In this document: positions 1 to 10,029 of the stretch, one piece after another
Position numbering within the stretch: position 1 is the first letter of the stretch
Layout of the letters: the number at the start of each line of letters is the position of its first letter
Notes under the pieces: generated by a model
The model's input: the letters and a program-made list of their open reading frames with translations, nothing else
Database searches by the model: none
Told to the model about the DNA's origin: nothing
DNA from: a virus
Lineage: Duplodnaviria > Caudoviricetes
Virus record (IMG/VR): IMGVR_UViG_3300045001_000016
Span: 36,850 to 100,849 of that record
DNA: 64,000 nucleotides
Direction: 5' to 3' (one strand)
Made by a program: the position numbers and the translations under genes

Positions 1-674
1 TGCTCGACCAGGTCATAGAAGTCGTTGTTGCCGGTGAGCGCGGGCTGCACGACGTGCGCATAGTTCGATGCGCCGATCACACCGTTGATGGCGTAGCTCG
101 TCGTATGCCCCTTGGTGAAGAAGGCCGTGATCGTGGTGCCCGTGGTGGCCGGTGCTGACGGCCCGGAGACCTGCAGCACGATGACGGTTTCCTGGCTGCC
201 GCCCGTGTCGACTTGCACGGACATGCCGGGGTAAATGGTGCCCGAGACGGTGCCCGTCAGCGGCACGCTGGCCACCGTATTGGCCGTGACGGCGGCGGTG
301 CCCGTGGCCGAGAGGACGTTGGCGTTGCTGACCACCGTATCCGAGCCCGTGCCCGCGAAGGCCGTCAGGTAGAGCGGGATCTCCACGGCGCGCGGGGCAA
401 AGATGTGCTTGGCCTGTCCGTAGTTGAGCTTGCGGTAGCCGAGCGACTCACCGCGCGAGCCATCACCTTCGAACTCGAAGGCATAGTCCATCTTGGGCGT
501 GAGCATCGAGCCCTGGCGCCACTTGATCCAGTAGCCCGAACTGGTGCCCTGGGTGGTGTCGGCTTTGGTGGAGGTATTCCACGTCGGGTATGACCCCGAC
601 GCGAGGTAGCCGCCGCTCGCGTTCTTTTGCAGTCCGAACTGTGCGACACGGCCCGGAAGTGTTTGTGTAGCCAT
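1..674 (-). CDS. Probable tail tube (major tail) protein, truncated by the window edge
   Basis: Own translation from ATG at 674 (MATQTLPGRVAQFGLQKNASGG...), open to position 1; Thr/Gly/Val-rich; lies directly after the neck and tail-terminator genes. Confidence 0.6.
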   Translation of the reverse strand, partial: MATQTLPGRVAQFGLQKNASGGYLASGSYPTWNTSTKADTTQGTSSGYWIKWRQGSMLTPKMDYAFEFEGDGSRGESLGYRKLNYGQAKHIFAPRAVEIPLYLTAFAGTGSDTVVSNANVLSATGTAAVTANTVASVPLTGTVSGTIYPGMSVQVDTGGSQETVIVLQVSGPSAPATTGTTITAFFTKGHTTSYAINGVIGASNYAHVVQPALTGNNDFYDLVE

Positions 675-721
675 GGGGGGGGAGGGGGTCCTTTACATGC
701 AGAAGGGAGGGGGAGATGTGG

Positions 722-928
722 CTAGCCGCCGGTGCTCTGGAGGGGATCGCCCGGATCGCCTACGGCGACCTCAAGAGTGGCCTGTTCGGCGCGGATGAGC
801 GCCGTGGCGTAGTCATCCAGGTCAAAGGAGACCACAGCTCCCTCGGGATACGTCGTCGTGGTGGGCGGGTCGGTGCGGCCGTCGTAGACCGTGAGGCCGC
901 CGGGGTTGGTGATGCGTACGGTGGTCAT
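722..928 (-). CDS. Small hypothetical virion-module protein (68 aa)
   Basis: ORF track; fits the tightly packed minus-strand operon; AAGGA SD upstream. Confidence 0.6.
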   Translation of the reverse strand: MTTVRITNPGGLTVYDGRTDPPTTTTYPEGAVVSFDLDDYATALIRAEQATLEVAVGDPGDPLQSTGG

Positions 929-942
929 GAGCGGAAGAGTCC

Positions 943-1416
943 TTATTGTCCGACAAAGTCGAGGGTATCCACATCAATGGGCAGGCAGTATAAGGGCACG
1001 TTGCCCAGGCCCTGCACGATGCCGGCGTCCCCATAGTGGATGGTCACGCCGTCGCCCTTGCCCGCCCATAGGCAGGCACCGCCCAGTGTATAGTCAGAGC
1101 GCAGGTTGGCCCGGATGGCCGTGGCAATGGCGCGCATGTTGGCCATCACCTGGGAGACGCGCAAATTGGACATCTCGCCCAGCTCATCGAAGCACAGGAC
1201 GCTATACGTCCCCTGGATCTGGTTTCCTGAGTGGGGATCACCAGCCTCCACGGGCGCATCGGTGAGCGTGCCCGGCTGGATCAGAAGCCACGGCGCTGGA
1301 ACGATATCCGTCTGAAGGTCAGGCAGATCAGTCAGGATTGTCTTGACCAACGAGGAGATCGTTGGATCATTCTGGAAGGCTGTTTTGAAGCCCGCAAGAA
1401 TGGTTGCTTCGCTCAT
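943..1416 (-). CDS. Putative tail terminator / tail completion protein
   Basis: 157 aa; 'LRSDYTLGG' type motif and position between neck and tail tube genes. Confidence 0.55.
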   Translation of the reverse strand: MSEATILAGFKTAFQNDPTISSLVKTILTDLPDLQTDIVPAPWLLIQPGTLTDAPVEAGDPHSGNQIQGTYSVLCFDELGEMSNLRVSQVMANMRAIATAIRANLRSDYTLGGACLWAGKGDGVTIHYGDAGIVQGLGNVPLYCLPIDVDTLDFVGQ

Positions 1417-2102
1417 AACACCCGACGCTCCGTGCTCTGGCGCCGTCCGTTCGCGCCTACAAACTCTTCGATGATGTGCAGCATGGCTTCGGCGCTGCCC
1501 TTTTGCAGGCGGCTCTTGATGCCGGGCGCATCAGCGCTGCGCAGGGCCCTGCTCACGATGCCCTGCGGCTTAAAGCCGGGGTGGGTGACCCAGTCGGCCT
1601 GGACCATGCCCGCTTGCTCGGGGCGCGCGCCCCTGGGGCGGCGCATGGAGGCATCCTGGGCATAGAGTCCGCGCTGATGATGGTGGTAGCCCGCACGCTC
1701 GGGGAAGATGAGCTTGTCTTTCTCGCGCGGCCCGTAGGAGTGTGTCTTGGCCCCATGCATCAGCACGGCGAGCAGCGCGTGCTGCATGCCCGGCGCGCGC
1801 ACGGGGTTGGTGATCTCGACGGAGAGGCGTGTGTCGCTGGTACCCTCCGCGACGAGGTCCTCGGGACGGCCCCAGCCCTTGCGCAAGGCCCCCACGGGGG
1901 CGCGGTACTCCGACGGCTTTTCCCCTGGCTCCAGACGCGAGATGGGTGTGGCCTTGCGCAGCGCGTCGCGCAGGCGCCCCGCCTCCGCCTTGAGCGGGGC
2001 GCGCAGGCTGTTCTGGAGCGCACGGTTCAGGTTCGGGCTAATGAAGCGCCCGCCCTCCCCGCGCAAACCCTGCACGTCGAGGCGAAAACCAGCCGAGGCC
2101 AT
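1413..2102 (-). CDS. Putative neck / tail-completion protein (HK97 gp10-like position)
   Basis: Basic protein with 'KATP..GALRKGW' and 'VTHPGFKPQ' motifs; 4-nt overlap with the next gene. Confidence 0.55.
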   Translation of the reverse strand: MASAGFRLDVQGLRGEGGRFISPNLNRALQNSLRAPLKAEAGRLRDALRKATPISRLEPGEKPSEYRAPVGALRKGWGRPEDLVAEGTSDTRLSVEITNPVRAPGMQHALLAVLMHGAKTHSYGPREKDKLIFPERAGYHHHQRGLYAQDASMRRPRGARPEQAGMVQADWVTHPGFKPQGIVSRALRSADAPGIKSRLQKGSAEAMLHIIEEFVGANGRRQSTERRVL

Positions 2103-2116
2103 AGTGGTCCGCTCTC

Positions 2117-2422
2117 CTACTGCTCGGGGCTGGAGAGGATGCAGCGCTGGTAGGGACTGCGCCCGGTGACTTGGCTCTGCTGCACGACGCGCCAGGTGCG
2201 CGCCGCCCAGGTGAGGCGGTCGTCGCGCTGCAGGGTCGGCGCGATCGGCGCGACCATGGTGGCCAATCTCTCGCGCCCCACGGCGTCGATCGCGTCCTCC
2301 AGGCGCAGCGGCTGGATGCGCACGCGCAGGGTCCCCAGCGTGCTGGTCTGCCCGGTCTGGCGTCCCTGGCTATCACGCGTGGGGCGGGTGATGGTCACCT
2401 GTTCTGTGGTGCCAAGCATCAA
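2117..2422 (-). CDS. Head closure / head-tail adaptor (SPP1 gp16-like)
   Basis: 101 aa, beta-rich, 'VTITR..RD..G....DRLTW..RTWRV' pattern; synteny. Confidence 0.65.
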   Translation of the reverse strand: MMLGTTEQVTITRPTRDSQGRQTGQTSTLGTLRVRIQPLRLEDAIDAVGRERLATMVAPIAPTLQRDDRLTWAARTWRVVQQSQVTGRSPYQRCILSSPEQ

Positions 2423-3264
2423 AGTAGCCTGACCTTCTCAGCACTCGTGCGGCGGTAGGTGGACAGGAGTTGCGAGGCCCACATGCCCTGCTGCGTGCCG
2501 CGCAGGAGCAGACTGCTGTCGCTATCCTTGATCTCCACGCGGTCGTAGCGCTCGGTGTACTCCATGTTGGTAAAGCCCTGCAGCACGCCCGAGACGGCGG
2601 CGTCCACCGCACTAGAGACGCGCGTCGCCTGCCCCAGGAGCACTTCGACCATCAGCGCACAGGCCAGTTGCATGTCAGGCGGGACCACGAGGGCTGTGGG
2701 ATAGGCCGCCACATCGGCGGCCGTAATCGCGTAGCCGGCGGTGTACGTCGCGCGATAGCCGGTGGCCCCGGTCTGGGCCATGCCGTACGTGCTGGCCCCG
2801 TACTGAAAGCCCAGGCCCGTCGTGCCCAAGTTGAGCCAGCCGACCATGATGCGCCCCGATGTTTGCTGGCAGCGCACCGTATCGCCCAGGCCCGCCGTGC
2901 CCACGCCCAGGTAGGCGACACCCGGCGTGATGCCGCCCGCCGCCAAAGCGTCCAGGTCTGGTAGCGGCAGCGCGTAGGTCAAATAGAGCGAGGAGAAGAG
3001 CAGGCCGGGGTCGCGTGAGGTCAGCGGCTGGTGCTTCAGACGCAGCACCGTGGAGCCAACCTCGCGCCCGGAGTGCGCCAGGGTGACGGGTCCCTCTTCG
3101 TTCGTGTGCGTCTGCACGGCGGGGTCATAGCCCAGGTAGCCCGCGCAGATCAGGTGCGCCGCCGTGCAGATGCTCTGCAGGTAGGGGCCCTGGTAGCTCG
3201 AGTAGTCCACCTGGCTGAACTGGGGGAGCGTGGCGGGACTGACCAGTGTTGACGGAGCGGTCAT
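2419..3264 (-). CDS. Head-tail connector / adaptor protein
   Basis: 'ATYTAGY...VPPDMQLAC...LLSTYRR' C-terminal pattern typical of gp6/gp15-like adaptors; synteny. Confidence 0.7.
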   Translation of the reverse strand: MTAPSTLVSPATLPQFSQVDYSSYQGPYLQSICTAAHLICAGYLGYDPAVQTHTNEEGPVTLAHSGREVGSTVLRLKHQPLTSRDPGLLFSSLYLTYALPLPDLDALAAGGITPGVAYLGVGTAGLGDTVRCQQTSGRIMVGWLNLGTTGLGFQYGASTYGMAQTGATGYRATYTAGYAITAADVAAYPTALVVPPDMQLACALMVEVLLGQATRVSSAVDAAVSGVLQGFTNMEYTERYDRVEIKDSDSSLLLRGTQQGMWASQLLSTYRRTSAEKVRLL

Positions 3265-3280
3265 GGGATCGGGGTCCTAC

Positions 3281-3664
3281 CTACAGGGATGAGGGGGAGA
3301 TGACGGTGCCGTCGGGGCGCACGGGCAGCCCGGTGCCGGAGTCGATACGGATGCCCGAGGGTGCGGGCATCATGCTGGCGCGGCTCCAGCGCTGCGCAGG
3401 ACCCACCGCAACGGATGGTGCCGGCATCGGCACGGGCCGCTCGGGAAGGCGGGCCAGGCGCTCTTTGAGCGCGTCCAGGACCGTGTCCACTGTGGCCGTG
3501 GGGGGCACGGCGTCGGGTGAGGTGGCGGGAGGCAGGCGCGTGGCCCACCCGGCGGCGACCTGGGCGTCGGCCTCCGACTCGGTCACCACGTCGTAGGGCG
3601 TGCCAGGGATGCGCGTGATGTCCCCGGCGTAGCGTCGCGCGCCACTGTCCCAGAGGCGAGGCAT
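3281..3664 (-). CDS. Small head-associated protein sharing its N-terminal module with the ORF at 15975-17747
   Basis: ORF track; AAGGAG SD; N-terminal ~45 aa align by eye with the beta-helix protein N-terminus. Confidence 0.7.
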   Translation of the reverse strand: MPRLWDSGARRYAGDITRIPGTPYDVVTESEADAQVAAGWATRLPPATSPDAVPPTATVDTVLDALKERLARLPERPVPMPAPSVAVGPAQRWSRASMMPAPSGIRIDSGTGLPVRPDGTVISPSSL

Positions 3665-3723
3665 GGGGACTCCTTTAGGGAGAGTGGAAGGGAGATGCTG
3701 ATGCTCCCTTCCGCTCCTCTGCT

Positions 3724-4083
3724 CTAGATGGTGACCATCTCGCCCGGCGTCTGGTTGCCGTCGAGCTGGGCAACCGATACGAAGCCGGTGACCGCGGTGT
3801 TCGAGGCCGTCCAGACGACCTGGTCGCCGGCCGCGAGGTAGACCGTGCCCACGTTACTGAGCAGGTTGCTGGTCGCGCCCGCTGCCACCGAGGCAGCGGA
3901 GATGAGGGTGTTGGCGGCCGAGGCCGCGCCACCCGCCGGCACCACGTTGATGGTGACGGTATAGCTGGAGCCGCCGGTGTTGCAGGCCACCAGGCCCGTG
4001 AGCTTGGCTGGGGCGGTGACGGTGAGCGCCGCAGTGGCCGACGTCGGGATCGCGCCCACCACGCGCTGAGTGGATGCTGCCAT
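3724..4083 (-). CDS. Putative capsid decoration protein (beta-sandwich-like, 119 aa)
   Basis: Ala/Thr/Val-rich; immediately downstream of the major capsid gene; GGAGG SD. Confidence 0.5.
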   Translation of the reverse strand: MAASTQRVVGAIPTSATAALTVTAPAKLTGLVACNTGGSSYTVTINVVPAGGAASAANTLISAASVAAGATSNLLSNVGTVYLAAGDQVVWTASNTAVTGFVSVAQLDGNQTPGEMVTI

Positions 4084-4125
4084 GGAAAGTGATCCTCCAA
4101 AGAGAAGAGATGAAGCGAAGGACGT

Positions 4126-4175
4126 GTCCAGGGAGGCGGTCGATAACGTCGGGGACGAGCGCCACCTCCCTGGAC
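4126..4175 (-). terminator. Stem-loop downstream of the major capsid gene (attenuator or mRNA stabiliser)
   Basis: 11-bp inverted repeat GTCCAGGGAGG/CCTCCCTGGAC. Confidence 0.45.
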
Positions 4176-4205
4176 GGATCTACCGCGTCAGCAGGCTACT
4201 GAACT

Positions 4206-5702
4206 TTAGTACCCGGTGATGCCGTAGAGGATGGAGAGGGCCTGCGGCGCGGTCATCGTGATGTCCACGCGCTCGATCGCTCTAAAGAGGATCTGGTTGC
4301 GGATGAAGGCCGACTGCTCGCTCGAGCCGCCGTTGTCGACGTAGCTGGCGTCGGTCGAGGTCGTGATCTCCAGCGTGCCGCGCTGGCCGATCTTGACGTA
4401 GTCCATGTCCAAGAGGGCCAGCTTGGTGGCGTTTGAGGCCGTGCCCTGCGTGTCGTTGGTCGGGATCTGCTGCGACATGAACACCGGGAAGCCGAACATC
4501 GAGGGCACGCGGACGATCGAGTTGGCCCCGGAGAGCGAGCCCTGCTGGATGTCCATGTAGTCGACCATGAGCGGGCGGCCCTGGTTGTCTTTCAGCTTGC
4601 GGATGCCGCCGAAGAGCAAGGGGTTCATCAGCCAGCACGCCTTGTTCATCGGCACGCCGTTGCCCATCAGGCTGGTGATCATGTTCACCAGGTCGTCATA
4701 GGTGAGCGCGCCGCCGTTGGTGCCCTTCGAGACTTGCACGCAGCCGTCGGTCGCATTCGTGTACTTGAGCAGGCCCTTGATCACCGGGCTGGTGCCTGAG
4801 CCGATCAGGAAGTTGCGGTCCTCGATCGCCGCGATCGACTGCACGAGCGCGTTGCGCAGCACAGCCTCCACCGTCGGGTCCGAATCGACCACCAACTGCC
4901 GGCTGACCGCCACGATCACCGCCAGCTCCTGCGGGCGCAGGGTGCGCTGGCCGAAGGCCATCGTGGTCGCCGGGATCACCGCCGCCTCCGAGGTGAAGGC
5001 GGGCAGCGGGTTCATCGCCGGGTCCTGGCCGAAGTTCGACCCCGAGGGGTTGAGGATGCGCGGCATGATCATCTCGGCGGCGGTCAGGTTCCACTGCTCC
5101 GCGCCGGCCTTGCGCACGATCACGTTCGGCCACAGGTAGTCGATGATCTGCTGGTTGAGCTGCACGGGCGCCAGGGCGCCACCGGTGCCCAAATCAGCGC
5201 CGGTGTTGCTGACCACGGCGAGGTTGCCCTCGGCCAGGGCCTTTTGGTCCAGCTCGTAGCGGATCGTGTCCACCAGGTCCATCGAGGTGCGGCCCAGGGC
5301 CTTGAGGCCGAGCGCCACGATCCACTTGTGGACGCTAGGGTTGCTCTTGATGTCACTGGTCAGGCGCAGGTAGGCGGGGCCACCGGCCTGTGTCGGGGCG
5401 ACCGAGCCGGTCTCGAAGTCGTGGGTGCGCCCGCTGGTGCCGGGAGCACGCAGGGCGGCGACGGCCTCGGCCAGCGTCTTCATGCTGGTCGTGACCTCGC
5501 CCATCGTACCCGAGAACTCTTTGCGCGAGACGCCCTTGGGCGTCTTGACCTTGGCGGTCTTCTCGCTCTTGGTGCTGGCGGTGGCCTCGACCACAGGCGT
5601 GGTCTCGGCGGCCGGGGTCGCGGCCTCCGCTGCGGGCGCAGTCGGGGCCGGGGTGCCGAGCTTACTGTTCAGCTCGGCCAGGATCTTCTGGAGTTCGTCC
5701 AT
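4206..5702 (-). CDS. Major capsid protein, HK97 fold, with N-terminal scaffold-like extension
   Basis: Motifs 'GGALAP', 'VSRQLVVDS', 'EDRNFLIGSG', 'WLMNP....IRKLKDNQGRPL', 'FGFPV', 'FRAIERVD'. Confidence 0.93.
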   Translation of the reverse strand: MDELQKILAELNSKLGTPAPTAPAAEAATPAAETTPVVEATASTKSEKTAKVKTPKGVSRKEFSGTMGEVTTSMKTLAEAVAALRAPGTSGRTHDFETGSVAPTQAGGPAYLRLTSDIKSNPSVHKWIVALGLKALGRTSMDLVDTIRYELDQKALAEGNLAVVSNTGADLGTGGALAPVQLNQQIIDYLWPNVIVRKAGAEQWNLTAAEMIMPRILNPSGSNFGQDPAMNPLPAFTSEAAVIPATTMAFGQRTLRPQELAVIVAVSRQLVVDSDPTVEAVLRNALVQSIAAIEDRNFLIGSGTSPVIKGLLKYTNATDGCVQVSKGTNGGALTYDDLVNMITSLMGNGVPMNKACWLMNPLLFGGIRKLKDNQGRPLMVDYMDIQQGSLSGANSIVRVPSMFGFPVFMSQQIPTNDTQGTASNATKLALLDMDYVKIGQRGTLEITTSTDASYVDNGGSSEQSAFIRNQILFRAIERVDITMTAPQALSILYGITGY

Positions 5703-5787
5703 TGTGGTGGGGAGTTCCTAGAGGAGGGGAAATGGGGGACAGCAGGAGCGCATGTCCTGCTCTTGAGGGCTAGCCGAGGAGGTGTGG

Positions 5788-7485
5788 CTAGCTCTTCTTT
5801 GCGGGTGTCTTGGCGGGACCCGTCGGGGATGACGAGGCGCTAGACCCCGTGTTCGGGGTCGTATCCGCTGCTGGCTTCTTGTCTTTGCCCGCGTCCTGGT
5901 CCTGTGTCGGTTGGACCGGCTCCAGGTCAGGGGCGTACTTGTCGAGCCAGGCGTGCAACTCCTGCCCGGCCTGAACGACCTGGGAGGCGAAGCCGCGCAG
6001 GGCAGCCAGCGAGAGACCGGAGAGCGTCCGGCCCGCTTTCCCGTCAATGTCGGTGGTGGTCCCGTCCGTCTCCACAGCGTCCGCACCGTCCGTCTCGTGA
6101 CGAGGGGACAGGTTGGCGTGCAGGTGGGCGAGATCGACACTGAGCGAGAGCAGGGTCGCCATCCGGGTGGGAAGGGAGGTGGGGGAGAGTGTTTTGACGG
6201 AGACCGTGACATCACCTGTCTCGGCCATCGTCTCGTCACCGATCGTCGAGCCCTCTCCCGTCTCGACGTGGTCTTTCTTGCCTGGTGCGGCAGGCGTATC
6301 GTCCGTAAAGCCGACGGCCTGCCGCAAGGGCTGCAGTTTCTTGATGATGGCCTCTTCGCCCTGCGCCGACGCCCGTGCGTACGCATTGGCGACGGCGTGC
6401 GTGTTGAGCGCGCCATCGGCCTCGTAGACGGGGTAGCGCCAGGTCGATCGGTGGTCGGGATCGCCCTGGTCCAGGTACGACGAGCGTGGCAGGTCGCTTT
6501 TATCAACCTGGCTCCACGGTTTGTCACTGATGCGTAGGGCCTTGATGCCCGTGATCACCCGCCGATAGGAGCAGACGCCGCAGTCCTCGGGGTCGTGCGC
6601 CCCTTGCGCCTCGGACGGGTAATTATCCGTGTGCAGGAGATGGTCGTGCAGCTGCAGGCTCTTCTCGGCCAGGGCGACCTTGAGCGCCTTGGCGTGTCCC
6701 TTGCGCGAGAGACCCACCTGGGGTTCGCACATGTCTTTGTCGTCGGGGGTCATATCGTCCTCTCCGGCCGATTGGTCCATGTCGTAGGCCCCGATGGCCC
6801 CTGGCATGCAGTCCTTAGAGCCGGGCTGATACTGAATGGCCTGCTGGATCTGCTGTGCGATCAGCGCGCCGATCTCACCCGCGATCTCGTCGCCCAGGCT
6901 GGAGCGCTTGATCACGAGCGGGCGTCCACCAGGACCGGACATGGCCTCGGTGACCGCCGGCAGGCTCTTCTGGGCCAGCTGGAAGCGCGCCGAATCCAGA
7001 CACGGGATCGGCGTAATGGAGACCTCATAGAGGCCCACGCTCTTGATGGCGCGGCCCAGCCGGCCGAAGACGCCGCCAATGGAGAAGCCGTTCAGCAGTC
7101 CGTTACGGACCGCCTCATAGACCTCCTGGGCCTTGCGCCCCACCGCATCACCCTTCTTCGCGTCGGGCGGCTTGGGCAAGAAGGCTTTGATCCACAGGCC
7201 CACGCTGTCGATCTTCCAGTCCACGATGCGCCCGATGCGCTTCGTCGAAAGGGTCTGATCGAGGCCGTGATGGTACAGAATCGGAACAGGGCCGTTGCCG
7301 CCGTCATCGAAGAACGTGCGCGCGGCCGAGGAGAGCGCGTCGGGGGTGACGTGCTCGTCTTCTTGGTCCACTTCGTTGAACCTGGTCGCGTAGCCCTGAA
7401 CGAGCACGCCCTCCTGGCCCTCGTACTGGGTCTCGCCTTCGGACTTGAACCCGAAGTCGATGCTGAAATGCTGTGTCTGGAGCAC
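5788..7485 (-). CDS. Prohead protease (HK97 family) with long C-terminal extension
   Basis: 'GYATRFNEVD', 'PILYHH', 'GFSIGG', 'LYEVSITPIP' motifs; lies between portal and capsid genes. Confidence 0.88.
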   Translation of the reverse strand: MLQTQHFSIDFGFKSEGETQYEGQEGVLVQGYATRFNEVDQEDEHVTPDALSSAARTFFDDGGNGPVPILYHHGLDQTLSTKRIGRIVDWKIDSVGLWIKAFLPKPPDAKKGDAVGRKAQEVYEAVRNGLLNGFSIGGVFGRLGRAIKSVGLYEVSITPIPCLDSARFQLAQKSLPAVTEAMSGPGGRPLVIKRSSLGDEIAGEIGALIAQQIQQAIQYQPGSKDCMPGAIGAYDMDQSAGEDDMTPDDKDMCEPQVGLSRKGHAKALKVALAEKSLQLHDHLLHTDNYPSEAQGAHDPEDCGVCSYRRVITGIKALRISDKPWSQVDKSDLPRSSYLDQGDPDHRSTWRYPVYEADGALNTHAVANAYARASAQGEEAIIKKLQPLRQAVGFTDDTPAAPGKKDHVETGEGSTIGDETMAETGDVTVSVKTLSPTSLPTRMATLLSLSVDLAHLHANLSPRHETDGADAVETDGTTTDIDGKAGRTLSGLSLAALRGFASQVVQAGQELHAWLDKYAPDLEPVQPTQDQDAGKDKKPAADTTPNTGSSASSSPTGPAKTPAKKS

Positions 7486-7577
7486 GGATATTGTCCTGGC
7501 GGGAGATAGGCCCCGTGGGGGACGGGTCTGGTAGAGTACAGGGCGGAGGAGTCCTGGTGAAGGGAGTGCGCGCTCTG

Positions 7578-7979
7578 ATGAGTTATCTGGATCAATTGCA
7601 GGCGCAGTGGGACCAGATGCAGAGCGATGTCGCGGCCCTGCGCATCCAGCAGCAGGCCCTCGTTGACCTTTTGACGCCGCTGATGGGAGGAGTGATGTCC
7701 AATCTTGACCGCATCCAGGCCGACGTGCAGCAGATCCTGGCCGGGGAAGCGACCCTGGGCCAACAGATCGCGGCTCTCTTGACCCAACTCGGGACGATCC
7801 AGCAGCAGCTAGCGGCGGCGCAGGCGGCGGGGTCGGGGATCACCGACGAAGCGCTCGCGCCCATCGTCCAGCAGCTCGACCAGGTCATCACGCAGGGGCG
7901 CACCCTGGTGGAGCAGACCGCGCCGGGGACCAGCGCGGGGACCACGCCACCGACGCCGCCCGCCGCGCCCGCGACCTAG
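7578..7979 (+). CDS. Gln-rich coiled-coil small protein on the opposite strand
   Basis: Fills the portal-protease gap exactly; heptad-like Q/L pattern; AAGGGAG upstream. Confidence 0.55.
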   Translation: MSYLDQLQAQWDQMQSDVAALRIQQQALVDLLTPLMGGVMSNLDRIQADVQQILAGEATLGQQIAALLTQLGTIQQQLAAAQAAGSGITDEALAPIVQQLDQVITQGRTLVEQTAPGTSAGTTPPTPPAAPAT

Positions 7980-7981
7980 AT

Positions 7982-9673
7982 CTACAGGACCACGACGGCG
8001 TCGCCCAGGACGCCGGCCAGGCCGGGGAACGCCTGCCCGCGCCACATTTCCTTGGCGACGCCGTAGCGCATCTGGTCCAGGCTGTAGCGCCGCCTGCGCG
8101 CCTCGATCATCACCTCGTCCACCGCGCGGGCGTGGTGCGGGCAGACGCCCAGATCAAGGGCGGTCAGGCCCTTGTGGCTGACCTGCACCTGCACGGGGCA
8201 CCCGCAGGGCGCTCTCAGATAGCCCCCTTTTTTTCTGGGTGTCCCTGGATCGGTCGGGAGCTTGCCTAATTGGGGCGTCGGCAGGGTGTGGTCTGGAACG
8301 TGCCCCGGTTGTACCAGCCCCGGTGGGCTGGGATCTGTGGCCCTTTGCGGGGTTTGGCCAGACCCGGGTCCGGCCAGGGCCGCTTCCTGCATCGGGCCGC
8401 CGACGCCAAAGACGGTCATCGTGGTGGGACCGACGACCTCGTCCCCGCGCGCGTCGTCCTTCTCCATGCGCGCCTGGCCCGAGACTTCTCTAATCTCGTC
8501 CCTCGTAAAGCTGGCACTCTGCGCCATGTAGTGCGCCGTGACCGCTTTGTCGTAGTAGTCGACGACCACCTTCTCGTGGTGCTTATACTCCCAGGTCGGG
8601 TTAAAGCAGCGCACGATCTCCGTCCAGCCCTCGTTACTGCCCCGGTAGATGGGCAGCATCGTCTCGGCCTGGAAGAAGCTATCAGCCTCGATCGAGCGGT
8701 AGTTGGCGTCTTCAAAGATGCCGATCTTCTGCTTGGGGACGCCAAAGAGCGTTAAGACTTCGTCGCGCGCCTCTTTAGAGAGCGCTTCCATACCCGTGCC
8801 GTGCGCCAGGATGTCCGACTGCACCGGCTGATAGGTCATGCCCGACTGCAGGACGGCGGTCTTGAATTCGCCCGATTGGCCCTCGTCAAAGAGCCGCCAG
8901 TCGTCTCTGAGGGCCGCTTCCTGGTCTTCAGAGAGGATGCCGTCATACGTTAAGACCCCCTTGACGCGCGCGCCCGAATCGAAGTAGTTGCCGACGGTGC
9001 GCATGATGGCGCGCAGCTTATTGAAGGTGGCTTCGCCCGGCTCGATGACGCCCAGGCCCCAGTACTCATCGCGCGGGTTGGCCCGCCGGAACCAGACGAC
9101 CTGCTCGGGGCTGTAGCGCTTGATCTTGCCGTTGACCTCGTAGAAGAAGGCATTGATGTACTTCTTGGGGTCGGGCTGTATCCTGACGCGCGAGGGCCGC
9201 AGCAAATAGAGTTCGCCAGGCACGCCCATCTCATCGATCTCGTCTTTGAGGACGAAGACGTTGCCGGTCAGCTCCCAGTGCCAGCACAGCTTCTCCCTGA
9301 AGTGAGAGCCGGTCTGCCAGGGGTTGGGGTGCTTTAGGAGCTTACGCAACCGCCGGAGTTGGGGGTCGTCTTTATCGATACGGTCGCCGGTCTCCTCATC
9401 CGTGATGTGGAAGTCGGCGGCGGCGTACGCCCCGGCCACCGTACTGCCGGCCTGGTAGACCCAGCTAATGGTGACGGCATTGAGATACGATTCGTAGTCG
9501 CGCAACCTATTCTCGCGCACCATGCCGACCGAGGAGCCGGTACCGCCCTGCCAGGTGGCCGCCTTGATACCCGGCGTCCGATCGACGCGTTCCTGGCCCC
9601 TGGGGCTGCGCAGCGTGCGTGTGCTGCCGGGGAGCGCGACGCCCGAGGCCAGCGTGATAACATCAGACGACAT
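7982..9673 (-). CDS. Portal protein, HK97 family
   Basis: 'LLKHPNPWQT', 'LTGNVF', 'ELYLLRPSRV', 'YWGLG', 'FGVP....G' motifs. Confidence 0.93.
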   Translation of the reverse strand: MSSDVITLASGVALPGSTRTLRSPRGQERVDRTPGIKAATWQGGTGSSVGMVRENRLRDYESYLNAVTISWVYQAGSTVAGAYAAADFHITDEETGDRIDKDDPQLRRLRKLLKHPNPWQTGSHFREKLCWHWELTGNVFVLKDEIDEMGVPGELYLLRPSRVRIQPDPKKYINAFFYEVNGKIKRYSPEQVVWFRRANPRDEYWGLGVIEPGEATFNKLRAIMRTVGNYFDSGARVKGVLTYDGILSEDQEAALRDDWRLFDEGQSGEFKTAVLQSGMTYQPVQSDILAHGTGMEALSKEARDEVLTLFGVPKQKIGIFEDANYRSIEADSFFQAETMLPIYRGSNEGWTEIVRCFNPTWEYKHHEKVVVDYYDKAVTAHYMAQSASFTRDEIREVSGQARMEKDDARGDEVVGPTTMTVFGVGGPMQEAALAGPGSGQTPQRATDPSPPGLVQPGHVPDHTLPTPQLGKLPTDPGTPRKKGGYLRAPCGCPVQVQVSHKGLTALDLGVCPHHARAVDEVMIEARRRRYSLDQMRYGVAKEMWRGQAFPGLAGVLGDAVVVL

Positions 9674-9713
9674 GGGGCAGGAGTCCTCTACTGGGGAGAA
9701 GGAGGAAAGACGG

Positions 9714-10001
9714 GTGCAGGGATCCGCAGCAGATCAACCGGGGTCAGTGGGACCGCCGCCGGGCGAGCCGCTCTACCACGTCACCAGGGTGAACATCAGG
9801 AGCCTGCGCGCCGAGGTGCTCTTTGGACTCGGCCAGCAGCAGTACGACATCATTGGCCGCTCGATCGACGATGAGGACGTGCTGCTCTTCCAGCAGCGCG
9901 CCGGCTTTATCCCGTCCCATCACGACCAGGAGATGAGCGCCGGGCCCGGCTCCCCCGAGGCTGAGGGACCGCGCCGGGTCGAGGGCGCGGTGATCGGCTA
10001 G
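9714..10001 (+). CDS. Small hypothetical protein on the opposite strand
   Basis: GTG at 9714 after GGAGG; fills the gap between portal and the repeat protein. Confidence 0.45.
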   Translation: MQGSAADQPGSVGPPPGEPLYHVTRVNIRSLRAEVLFGLGQQQYDIIGRSIDDEDVLLFQQRAGFIPSHHDQEMSAGPGSPEAEGPRRVEGAVIG

Positions 10002-10029
10002 CAGGAGAGAGAGAGGGAGAGGGGAGGCG

